64,000 bases of DNA. Origin: the human T2T-CHM13v2.0 reference genome, Homo sapiens. Under the pieces are notes generated by a model. That model worked only from the letters and a program-made list of their open reading frames with translations. It was not told the origin of the DNA and searched no databases. The translations under genes and the position numbers were made by a program. The stretch lies in NCBI RefSeq assembly GCF_009914755.1, contig NC_060926.1; one strand, 5' to 3'. Shown piece by piece: positions 51,700 to 64,000 of this stretch. Positions within the stretch are counted from its first letter, which is position 1. Each line of letters begins with the position of its first letter.

Positions 51700-52925
51700 C
51701 TCCATAATTCATTTCTTTGATTCTTAGGATTCAGCTTCAAATTCTAACATATACAGAACCATCATTTTTTTTTCTGAGTTTCAGATCTGCATATCTCCCT
51801 GGCCACTGAATGGTACCATTTGAAAGTTTTTAAGCCTTTAAAACTCAATATGTCTAAAAAGGCATTTGTTGTGTTATACCACATACAAGGTTGTCCTGCC
51901 TGTGGCTGCTTTCTCAGAGAATAATATCAACAGGTCAAGGCAGATATATGGGCGCTTTCCTTAGTAACTACTGCCCATTTTCTCTATCATTGCCTGCTTC
52001 CAACAGCCAAGACCTACCATTTCTACTTTCTAAATAACTCTCACATTAAGTGTTAAGAAGCCATAGTGCATAGGTGCTAAGGGTTCTTCTCTCTTGAGGA
52101 GACTTCCTGGCTTTGAATGATGGTTCTATCACTTACTACCTTAACCTCTCCTTGGTTACAACCTCATTGTAAAACGGGGCCCATGAAACATACTTAATTT
52201 AAAACGGTTTTTGTGGGTTAATAAAATCAAATTCTTAGAACAGTGCATGGTAGATGATAAGCACTTTATGAGTCTTAATTATCCTTTTAATTTTGTTCTT
52301 CTGTCAATTCCCATTGGAATCTTTCTAGATAATATCTTCATCCTTTCTCAAGTGCTATCTTACAATAACTTCTCTAAAAGTTACTGGTATTCAAAGTTCT
52401 GGTCTGGCTCCTTCCATCCAGTCCTCATAGAAAAGTCAAAATAGGTTTATTGAATCAGTAAGAACCACTGTGACCCCGCCCCCCTCCCCCGTGGTTGCTA
52501 GTAGTATAAATTATAGACTCCTAAAGTTCAAGCCCAAGCTCCTTAATATAGTTGCCCCTGTGTTGTATTATCTATCCTCTAATTACCTTTTCCACTTCAT
52601 TTTGGACCACCTCTTCCCTTGCTTACTGTATTCCAGTTATTTGAATCATTCATGTTCTTTCTTATCTCTGGGTTGACTATTGCCCTTGGAATACTCTTTC
52701 TACCCTATCAGCCCTCCATGCAGTACTTCCACTCTTTCCAATTATGCTACTGTAGTATGTTTCAATTTTACCCAGTTCTTCCTTATTGTAGCATCTTTGG
52801 TATGCAGTATAATTGATAATTTTCTAGTCTGTAAAATATCCCAGGAGATACTGTAATCTCTAATAGAACAAAGATGAGTGGCTGGTACATGGTAATGCTC
52901 AATAAGCACTAGCCTAATGAATGAA
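51700..52925 (+). mobile_element. Degenerate L2, with a probable MIR inserted at ~52060-52280
   Basis: aaactcaatatgtctaaa... through the terminal ctcaataag...aatgaatgaat. Boundaries are approximate. Confidence 0.55.
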
Positions 52926-53979
52926 TACATTTTAACTAAAAGCTGCCAGCTAATTTTTTTTTGCATTTGGAAAAGGGAAAAAGCATACTCTCACTATCTA
53001 TGTTTTAGTCACCTCAATCTTTGAAGACAGAAATGTTTTGCCCTAACTGAATCTTTTATTTTGTCTAAAATTTTCCAGTTTATTCACAAATTCTGTTATG
53101 ACTTCCAACATCTTAATATGCTACTACTCAACAAACTCTGGGCAAATTTCATAGCTAACATACACTATGTCCCAATCTTAGTCAAACCATGATAAAATAC
53201 TGGGCATTCTGATCCTCAGCTTATATAGGAATTGATGTTCTATGCATTGTTTACATAACATACTCTGGTCACAAGCTCTGAACGCTTCCAGAAACTTGCA
53301 TTGGTAAATGTTAGAACTTTACATGGACACTAAAAGTTACCATTTGTCTTTCTTAGGTGACCCTTCATCAGATATACAATGTGTTCCTGAATGTATTTTG
53401 GGGAAAACTAACTCTGCAGGTTCCCAATAGCATTCATTTAAATGAAGAATATTCCACAATCCAATAAAATTGGGAAATGCTGAATTAAAATAGTATCTTT
53501 ACTACAGAAATTCACAAAGCTTTGAATATATTAATGAGTACTGAGAATATCTGGGCTGGTGGATAAAATATGAAGCTTTCCCCTTAGCTTGACTTGACCT
53601 TAGATCCCTTTTTGTGCAAAGTACATTTTGGGACTAGTGAAAAACCAGCTTGGGAAAGGCTTTTTCTAAGCAATAGATCTACTTGAAAACATTGAAATTC
53701 TGTATAAAATTTTGTTAATTAAAATATTCTATGACCTTACTAAGAAATATTTTAATACTCTATGTGTCTAAAACAGAAAAGCAAACCATATAGTCTTTCC
53801 TTATAAACACATTTGGAGTTCAGACCTACTCATAATTCCAGCTAATCTTTCCTTCAAGCATTCATTTGCTAGAATAACCTGGCTATTTTTATTATGTACT
53901 TTTTCTTCTTAAAATCATTTGGCTCATTCTCATAGACATGTTGCAGCTGTTTGTGTGTATGTGTTTATGCATTCCTGCC

Positions 53980-54362
53980 TGCTATAGACAGAATTGTGTC
54001 TCCCTAAAATTCATGTGTTAAAGATCCTCACTTCCAAAGTGACTGTATTTGGATATAAGGTCTAGAAGGGGGCAATTACAGTTAAATGAAGTCATAAGAG
54101 TGAAGAATTGATTTGATGGGATTAATTTCCTTGTAAGTGGAGATATCAAAGAGCTTGCACTCTCTCTCTACCTTATAAGGACACAGAGAAAAGGGGAGCT
54201 GTCTGCAAACAAGGAAGAAGGCCCTTTCAGATACTGAAGCCTCCTGGGAGCTTGATCTTGAACTTTACAGCCTCCAAACTATAAGGAAAATATATTTCTA
54301 AATATATTTCTATTGTTTAAGATTATGGCATTTTGTTATGAAAGTCAGAGTAGACTAATATA
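53980..54362 (+). mobile_element. MLT1A-type LTR
   Basis: tgctatagacagaattgtgtctccctaaaattcatgtgtt...cagcctccaaactataag...gactaata. Confidence 0.8.
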
Positions 54363-57342
54363 ACTACCTAATTAATCCTGACATCAGTTATCCTCAGTTG
54401 TATTTCCTCCATTAACTAAAATCAAGTGAATATCCCCCAAAAGAGTTATAGCCAAACTCAAGAATTTGGATGTTTTGATTCCAGGGATTTGTTATTACAT
54501 AGTTCTTCCATTATTTTCAGTAGAATAGCTTTCTTAACTAGTACAAAATCTGAGCTCATATCTGACCTCATTTTTATTCTTATGTCATTTTGAAAAGGAA
54601 ACAATAATGAGTACAGTAAGTCTAAAATTTATTCTAAAACCATAATCAATTTCCTGGCTTCTATAAGGAAATAACTTTGATACGATGAGCCAAGGTTCGT
54701 GTTGGTCTTTCTTTCTTCCCTTCCGGCAAGCATTACTATCACCTGTCTGAGGGGCACCTCTGGCCCAGAAAACAGATGAATGATTGACATCATCTAAGCC
54801 CAGTGACTTACCAGGAACTTGTTAACTCAGATAATAAAGGCTCTCCACATTTTCATGCACTTTTTGGTGGTTTATTTTGATTTTAAAATGCCTTACACTT
54901 TAGAAACAATGAGTCTAATCCCCAATGGAATAGGAATGTTGTCTATGGAGAGATCTACTTCTCATTCATGATATCAAATTTTCATCATTTTAATTATTTT
55001 CATTTAATCCAGGTATATTTGACATTTGCTTTATTGTTAGAGAGATTAAAATATATTGTCTTTGATTTTAAAAAATCCACATGCATCTCAGAAATAGGTG
55101 TACACTGTGTCATTTGTAAATGTAGAAATAGTTATCTGCAAAGGTACATGCTTTTCTTGATGGTCAAAGAAATAACATTCTTTAAATTAACATTTCCCAA
55201 ATGAGTTCTATAGAAAATTAGTTCTGCAGGATTTTTTTTAGATATTAAATTAAGGAAGGATACTGTAGTTTAATATGTTTAGAAAACTCCAGGTTAAACA
55301 AAGTTAAATGGGTTTCTTGACTGCAGTATGTCTGATATTGTTTAAATGTTAAATTGCCTTGTGAGTTCCCAAAGGGAGCATATCATATGCAATATTTTCT
55401 GAATTTAATTTGATCATATAAACCTCTTTTGTTGTTGTTGTTACTGCTACTGATGTTTATTTTTCGCTTCTTTGCTTTCACAGAGAGCATCATCTGTTAG
55501 TGTTACACAGCATATTTTAGAAAATGCTCTGTATGTAAAGATACGAGCCTTTCATATTGCATGAACATATAAAACTACTACGTGCTTTAAATTAATTCTT
55601 ACTTTAAAGATTAATTTAACATTAAATTCTAAGTAAATATTAAATGCAAATTTTGAGTCTTCATACAGAGTCCTCAACCTAAAGAGATATAAGTATCTAC
55701 ACTCTATGGCAGTGGTTCTTAAAATGTAGTGCACGTACAGCAGCCTCAGCATCATCTGGGGACTTAGAAAGACATTCTCAGACCCCATATCAGACCTGGA
55801 TCAGACATGCTGGGGTTAGGCCCGCCAATCTGTGAGTAGAGGTACAATAAGATGCAAAGTTAAACCACAGTTACACCTAAACATATACCAATCAGTCCTC
55901 TGTTCTAAGCTGTTTCTTTATTGCATCTTGAAATAAGTAAAGCAAACTCAGCACTACAAAGAATATTTATGAAAAAAGTTAATCAGAATGTTTGGATAGT
56001 TGATTGTTCCAATCTGTATTCTGTCACATTCACAATTGCTTTTAGGCATGATTTTAATGCCCTTGCTCTATAAATACTCCATGAGACTCCTCAACTTTGA
56101 AATTACAACCTGCATAGCCTTCAGAAATTCAATAAGCATTATAGTGTAAAATCAAATTACTAATTAGGATAGTCTTGAAATAAAGCATAACTTTCTTTGA
56201 GAGGGCTCTTTAACATTTCAACATAAAAAATAAGTACAATCAACATAATTCCTCACTTCTAGAAGAAAGTGAAAAAATCTATACATCATCTAGGGTCACA
56301 ATTCACAATTACACTCTTCCATGTAAAGGAAGAAGGACTCTGGGGCAATCAGTTTGCATAGCAAAGCATGATAATTAACAAAAAAAGGGATGAAAGTGCC
56401 CTCCATAGACAAGTTTGTTCCCTATCATTTTTAGGCCCAGAAGATAATTTATCCTGAGTGTTGACTAATAGAAGCCTTTCATCCTCCTTGGTTACACCAG
56501 GGTTGCAGCATAAAAATAATTGACTTTTGGGCTTAAGCGATGAGTAATCCTATTTTCTTCCTAACCCCTTTGTTGAAATACCACTATATACATATATTTG
56601 TATATATAATAAATATATATACTATTTATTTGTGTATGTGTATATAAATAGCATATATATACACACACACTGTTTTATCTGAAAACTTGCTTGACCCTTC
56701 ATACAGTATAAAGCCTGAATTTTTCAACTGAGGACTTTTCCAAGCCTGCTAAAGTAAATTTGGTTTGAGTTTTTGTTTGTTTGTTTGTTTTAATCATAGA
56801 TTTCTGGAGCTCAGTGTAAACTGTTCTGGCATATGTAAATTACATTTTAAATAAGTTCTTTGAAAGTTTTCATATAAATAGGACACAACTTTTTTATAAT
56901 ACTATCTGTTTAGCTAGTAGTTCACTTATTTCATATTAACCTTGAGGCAACTGTTGGCCAAATATGGCAGTTTTAAATAACATGAAGAGTCTTATGTATT
57001 TATGACTTTTTGATTATAAGAAACAGAATTAAAATTAGAGCTGACATCAGCCAAATTTGATCGAGATTTTTCACGTGTGACCTCTCATAAATCAATTCTG
57101 GAAGGGGTGGTGTGGTGGATAAGGTATATGGGGGACATTGGATAGATAGAGAAGATAAGAAGGATTAAGAGAATCCTTGTAGTTCAGAAAGACCCCCACC
57201 AAAAAATCCTTGTAATTTGGGAAGACATATTCCAAATGTATTGAATAGTTTCTGAAAACAAAATCACAATGCCAAAGAATTATCTTTAATTTTTAAACTT
57301 CTAGTAAATTGATTCTACTTGAATGATTAAGAAAACCCATGT

Positions 57343-57736
<394 letters not shown>

Positions 57737-58383
57737 TCAATTGAATTTTGCTTTAATGTGACATACTATTTGTATCCTTTGGGATAGAATTTAACTTCAA
57801 GCTTTGTTTAAAGTGGTAGTAAAACAGACCTTCTTTGAGGGAGAGAAAACAAAACATGTTCAGTTAGTTTGCTGTGATGTGATGGTATTTACAAGGCTCT
57901 TTTATTAATTCAGCAGAATTTGGAATTAAATGGATGGCAGCTATTAACTTGGTTCTGGAACACTCAGCAGGGCCACTGTAAGTAAGCATGCCTTAAAACA
58001 TGAAACTTGTCCAAATAAAGGGTGACATAAATTTTGTAGTATAATTTAGTTTTAAAAATAAAACTAGGCAAATTACACCAGTGGACACATCAGGAGAATG
58101 TCCACAATTAGAGAATTGCTAAGATGTAGCATTACAACATGAAAGAAGTTGAGAGAAAATGTGACAACTGATGTGCACGGAGTGATCTCCTTTGTTAAAA
58201 AAAATGGGTGATGCTATCCATCTTCCTAGTTAGTAACCAATTTCCACACAGTTCTTTCACTTCTATAAGGTCTGACAACCTCTAACCCTTCCATGGATAC
58301 TTACTTTTTCTCATATTATTATATAATTTTATTTAGAGTAAGGTCACATAGCTCTGAAAATAATTGTCAAGTGTATTGGGGCA

Positions 58384-58762
58384 TGTATTAGTCCATTCTC
58401 ATGCTGCTAATAAAGGCATACCCAAGACTGTGTAATTTATAAAGAAAAGAATTTTAATTGACTCACAGTTCAGCATGGCGGGGGAGGCCTCAGGAAACTT
58501 ACAATCATGGCAGAAAGGGAAGCAAACACGTCCTTCTTCACATGGCTGGAGCAAGGAGAAGTATGAGAACTGAGCTAAGGGGGAAGCCCCTTATAAAACC
58601 ATCAGACCTTGTGAGAACTTACTCACTGTCACCAGAACAGCACAGGGGTAACCACCCCCATGATTCAGTTACCTCCCACTGGGTCCCTCCCACAACATGT
58701 GGGGATTATGGGAACTACAATTAAAGATGAGATTTGGGTAAGGACACAGACAAACCATACCA
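58384..58762 (-). mobile_element. THE1C/D solo LTR
   Basis: Termini tgtattagtcc...aaaccatacca, flanked by ggca on both sides. Confidence 0.92.
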
Positions 58763-58944
58763 GGCATAAACCACGTCTCATATTCCTTTTCTGCACTTCA
58801 CAGGGCCTTCCTATCTGACCATGGAACACACAGAAAACACTTGATAGATACCAACTGATTCTTATTGAAGTACCCTGATATAGACTAGAAGCATTCCACA
58901 ATATACAGATAAAGCACTCAGCATTAGGTGGGCTGTGGTATACC

Positions 58945-59933
58945 AACCACAAAATAATATATTTATTTTTCAATATTTTTTCTTTTATTGATAAAAACTA
59001 CACAAAAGCTAATTGATAATTAATTTAAAAAGCAATGTTACACATTATCTTGTGTTTAGAAATTTGTCAGCTTGGCAGTTTCATTCATTGAGCCCATGGT
59101 CATATCTCTCTTATAGCCTTAGTCCACATGAGAATGATTCTGCTGGTCTTCTCATTCGGAGATCTTCATGGCTCTCTCAGGCATCCTACACAGTGAGGGC
59201 TGCCAATGGGACAAAACAAAATTCCTTCTATCATGTACCATATATGGCATTTGTCATGAAGGGTCATTCACCCAGACTTATTGGGTTTTCCAGTAGTTTT
59301 GTCAAACTTTGTGGTCAACTTTCTCCGTGGTCCGTGGTAAAGCACATTTTCTTTTGGTACAACATAAGCTTTAATGCTCATGTTTTGTATTAGAAACTTG
59401 ACCAGGAAAGAAAAAAATTAAAACAAACAAAACAAGAACAAACAGCATTTTTAAAGAAAAAATAAATGAAAGCAATTTAAATAAAATCTGTGAGAGTTAC
59501 ACACACCTAAAGAGGAAAACGGTTGTTTCCCTAGCTTCCCACCCACCCCTGTTTATTTGCTCCCCTGTGGTTCTCCAGCCCAGGAACCATGCAGTGTAGA
59601 AAAATCAAATATACAAACAAACCTATATGTAGCTAGGGTGAAATCTATTTTTATAAGAACTTGACACTCTTACTATTTACATCCGGGAGCATTTTTGTTT
59701 GTTTTATGTTTTAAAGCAAAGAAAGTTCTGCAGTCCTCCCGGTAATGCTGCAGGTGCATTCGCTGCCCTCTTCAAGCAGTTTTTTTTTCTCTTTTTCTTT
59801 TCTCTATGCCATAAATGTTTTAACAGGAACGATGAGCTTGCTCGATTGCGCGATTGTGGACACCCATTCTCCTTTAAGATGAAGGCCCTCCCTCCCCCCC
59901 ATGGAGCTCCCCAGTGAGGAGTTGGCTTCAGCG
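58945..59933 (-). other. LRRTM4: 3'UTR of LRRTM4 long isoform (end approximate)
   Basis: About 1 kb with no recognisable repeats after the stop codon, ending at tandem AATAAA signals followed by GU-rich sequence. Confidence 0.75.
58962..58989 (-). terminator. Tandem polyadenylation signals
   Basis: AATAAA on the minus strand at 58984-58989 and 58962-58967, followed by TTTTGTGGTTGGT. Confidence 0.7.
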
Positions 59934-60185
<252 letters not shown>

Positions 60186-61167
60186 TTATAAAATTGCTTT
60201 GGAAAGATAGGACAGCACTCATCAGGTTGTATTTTTGTTCTCTTTCATGCTGTTTCAAGTCATCAGCTACAAATTCAACTACAAATAAACATTAACAAAA
60301 TGATGATTACTATTTAACTCAATATTGTTTTGTCAGCATATTATGTGTATAGACTTTGTACATAAAACAGTATCTTTCAACTTTTCATTGCTCTAGCTAG
60401 CTAGCTAGCCATTGCAATAACAGAAAGTTAGAAACAACCTAAATGCCCAGGGAATTTTAAAATTGATTATGTAGATCCTACATTTGAATGTAGATCTTAA
60501 CAATATAGGGGAGGATCTATCTGTTGTAATACGGCAAGATATGGTACTAAGTAGAAAAATAATTAAGGTGCAAAAGAATGTATGGTATGATCTGTTTTGT
60601 GTAAATAAATATATTTACACTTTTATTTATATATATAAACATATATGTAACTTTTTATTTGATACCTATACACAATTGAAATCTTTACTGTCATCATGTG
60701 TAACTTTTATTTAGTTTTAAAAAATAATCACAATTTCCCATAGATTAATTCTAACACTCTATCACATATCAATACTGGACCAAAGAACTCTGGAATCATG
60801 GGAGAAGGCACATCTTTATGTTCATAATATGTAATGTTATTATTGGTTTTCAAGGTAACAAGCCAAATATGTGTCTAATGTTAGCGTAACAGACCTGAAT
60901 AATGGTCTGCAGAAATTCATTTAATATAAAAAGCAGAAAATATCAGTTATAATAATTTTGAATTTTGGTGGAGCTTTTAATTAAGCCATAAATTTCTGAT
61001 AAAGATAAATATATTCCAAATTTAGGAAAAAGCAAATGATACTTGCTTACTTGTTGTTCTCATGCTAGAATATTTCTCATACTTGCGAGTTACAATTTGA
61101 CACTCTTGATGAACAATCCACAGATGAGAAAAGTGCAAAGGCTCCATTGCCCTGTAAGGTTAGATGT

Positions 61168-61785
61168 TGTGGCAGGTTTTAAACTATTGACTCTCAGCTC
61201 TAAGTTCCCTTCTGTGGTTGCTTTTAGGATGCTGAGGTTTGGACTTTGCAAACCACATATCTGTTTTATTTGTGGTTTCCTGTTAGGCTTTGCCAATGGA
61301 GGGAGATGGCAAGACTTGGCAGGGAGAGGGAATTGCTCCCATTGTTGGTTTCCTGTTTTGTTTCTTCCTCCTCCAGGAATTTATCCTAATGGCATGTCTT
61401 CATTCTGGCTATATCAATTTATTCCCACAGCAGCAGGTGCTGCCTCTTTGTAGTATTTCCAACATTTGCAGTATATCCAACATTTGATCTCATCAAGCCC
61501 TCCTCAGAGACACCAGCACTAGCACCAGAGAGATTTGAGGTTCATCACCACAAAGCTTCTCCTCCAAGCTTTTAAGTCTTAATGATCTTCCTTTCGTTCC
61601 CTCAGCCCTGTAAGTTGTAGGGGTGGTAGCTACTTCCTAACATTGCTGTTTCTGTGATACCACAGCAATATCTTAGCCTTTGCATAAACTTGGTTAATAA
61701 CTCTATATCCAGTTAGCATTCTTTCTAAAATTTCTTTCTTAAAATAACTGATATTTTGTCAGTCTCCCGACTGGACTATGTTTGA
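61168..61785 (+). mobile_element. LTR33-like ERVL LTR, intronic
   Basis: tgtggcaggttttaaactattgactctcagctc...tgcaaaccacat...ctgttaggctttgccaat matches the LTR33 start as remembered. Confidence 0.7.
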
Positions 61786-64000
61786 ATCCTTCTGTATCTA
61801 AAAGTGCAGAAATTAAGTTGTTTTGATTTTATAATTTACTAGAGTTAACCACCAGAGGTCTTATGGCTCCCTATACTGCAGGGAGTTAACCAGTCTTAAA
61901 TATAATTCAGCAAACTTATTTTTAGATGTCATTCGTCTGTTTACTATGCAAGTTCCTCAAATGCTCTTAAAACTAGCTCTAGTATTTTCTTGCTGGTATT
62001 TTTATTAATGTGATTAATACAACGTTGACACAAATTCCCTCTCTATTCTTATGAGAATTATGTTTTTAACACCTCTCTGCTTATTAAGGGGAAAGTCACC
62101 TCCTCACAGTTTTTAAGTCTTAGATTAAAGCAATGTTTTCTATGCGCAAATGCAACTCATTAGTAGGTTATGAAATCAATTTTGTGAATCCAAATAAGCA
62201 TTTAAAAAATTAAATTAGCTAGAATAGAAAGTATCAGAGTATAAAGATAAGTTGTTCATAAGAGTTTTGTTTTAAATTTATGTATGTGCATATCAATGTG
62301 TGTACTGGGACACATTTTGAAGTTTGAAAATTGGGAATCATGGTAGACCATGTTTTTGAAAAAATACTTGATCAAAGCACTTATTCAGATTACAATTTAT
62401 TTTACAGTGACTGGCAATAGCCTAGATAAATTCCCATTCTGTTTTTACTATTCACTTCTATTAACTTGTATAATTCACTGTTTTTCACAATGAGTTGGAA
62501 AATTAAATCAATATGTAATGCTTTGTTTCTGATTTGTTGTTGTTTTACCTCTAAAGGAAGGTAAAAACTATTTTCAGGAAGTCTTTTACAAAATAGTAAC
62601 AAGAGTATTTCTCATCAAACAAGCTATTGATAAAATCTTGAATATGCCATTCTATTCTGTAAAAAGGAGAATTGCAAAAAATACATACTAGGTCAGAGTT
62701 GTGATTGATAGTGATATTTTAAAAATTGGACCTTAATTTCTGTGCTGACAGAGAGAGCTAGGAACAGACTGTAAAGTGACATGGCCGAATTACTAGATAC
62801 TAAATAAAAGTTAGCTCTAATCTCCCTCACCCCAAGTCTATTGTTTTGTTTTGTTTTTATTATATCTTATTCAATGAGACCTCTTTCAATCAGTACAGGT
62901 TCAGACGTAAAATGTTTGCCAGCGGGACCTATTTTAGGAAACCTCATAGGATTTTTCAGGGTGTCAGATTCCTGGAGATATGTGGGATTGGTGCCATGGG
63001 TCACTTATACTCCAAGAAAGCATCGAAATGTAAGAAGACACTTTGTGCTGACATTTCAGTGGGAAGAATGCTTTCAAAAGGGATTTCCTAAGAGTAATAC
63101 AGCCCATTCGTACTCTCTTGTTAACTGGTGAAGTAACATAATTTGAAAATCACATAAAAATTCAGCAAATTATTTCCAAATGGAAACAACATTCACTGAT
63201 TATAGAACATTTATTCTACACTTTAACTTAAATACATGACTAATTTTCTACAAATTAGCCAAATTACTAAAAGACATCAACATGAACATTAAACATGGGT
63301 TGTGGTTTTGTTCACCGTCTTGTAGCTCTGTCAATGGTCTTCACAAAGAAGAGATACTTGAATTCACAAACATGTATAGAACAGTGAATGTGAGATGAAA
63401 TCAGGGCCTTAGGGATCTTTTTGCACAACCAGGTGAATCTACAGATGAAAATAAGTAGCTCATAAGTGAACATTGTTGAATTTGCAATGTTTACTTAAAG
63501 CCTTTTAATTTAAACTATAGTGGGAGAGAACAATTTCATAGCTAAGAAATCATGGTATTTGTCTTTGAATTAAGTTGACTTAAAAGTCAAGGGACCTGCA
63601 TTAACTGCAAAGCTTTACGTTTACATATTACACCATTTCTGAACTGAGAAAATTTGTTTTGCTATTACAATTGCAGTTTATTTTTTTACAGCACTTAAAA
63701 GAGGGCTCATGTCATTTTCTCTATTGTAATTGAGGCAGGCTTAAAACCTCTTGGAGAGTAAAAACCATTGTAAAGTTCCCTCCTGCACAGCAGACCAATA
63801 GCAAGAATTCAAAAGCCAAGTGCATTGGCAAGCTTTGAAAGAGTATCTGAAATATTTGCTCTTTTACTCTTCAAGTGTATTCTATAGGGCACTATGTAAT
63901 CAACTGAATTCGTGGTTTCTGAGGAGCTCAGAGGCTGAGGTCTTGTACTTTACAGTAATAGTGTACAGTACATTAACCACCTGGGTCCCTGTGTGTGTCA

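Noticed and set aside
59013-59393. 126-aa + strand ORF in the 3'UTR region
   Set aside because: Non-ATG start, no homology, and antisense to the UTR.

Overview
This is AT-rich, repeat-dense primate genomic DNA, almost certainly human or another great ape. The only protein-coding feature I can support is a minus-strand terminal exon at 59934-60155. It encodes the C-terminus (MPHHMKP...YLERIAN) of the long isoform of LRRTM4, and has a splice acceptor, a ~1 kb 3'UTR and poly(A) signals. Positions 60156-64000 are intron, and everything left of ~58.9 kb is downstream intergenic DNA. That region holds two full-length, same-orientation, inactive L1PA3-like LINE-1s about 20.75 kb apart, a solo LTR12C, two THE1 LTRs, other LTRs, several Alus, old L1/L2/MIR/hAT fossils and microsatellites. 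I found no convincing new biological system. The most interesting signals are: (i) the two L1s have separate target sites and different 5'UTR types (one with, one without the ~129-bp ZNF93-bound segment) yet share about nine variants that differ from the L1 consensus as I remember it, which suggests gene conversion between them; (ii) both L1s carry open, extended antisense ORF0 frames pointing toward the LRRTM4 3' end; (iii) an unexplained 141-bp palindrome at 42.2 kb; (iv) a templated hairpin insertion in one ORF1; (v) an old diverged local duplication at 46.7/48.4 kb. Subfamily names and consensus comparisons are from memory, not from a database search.
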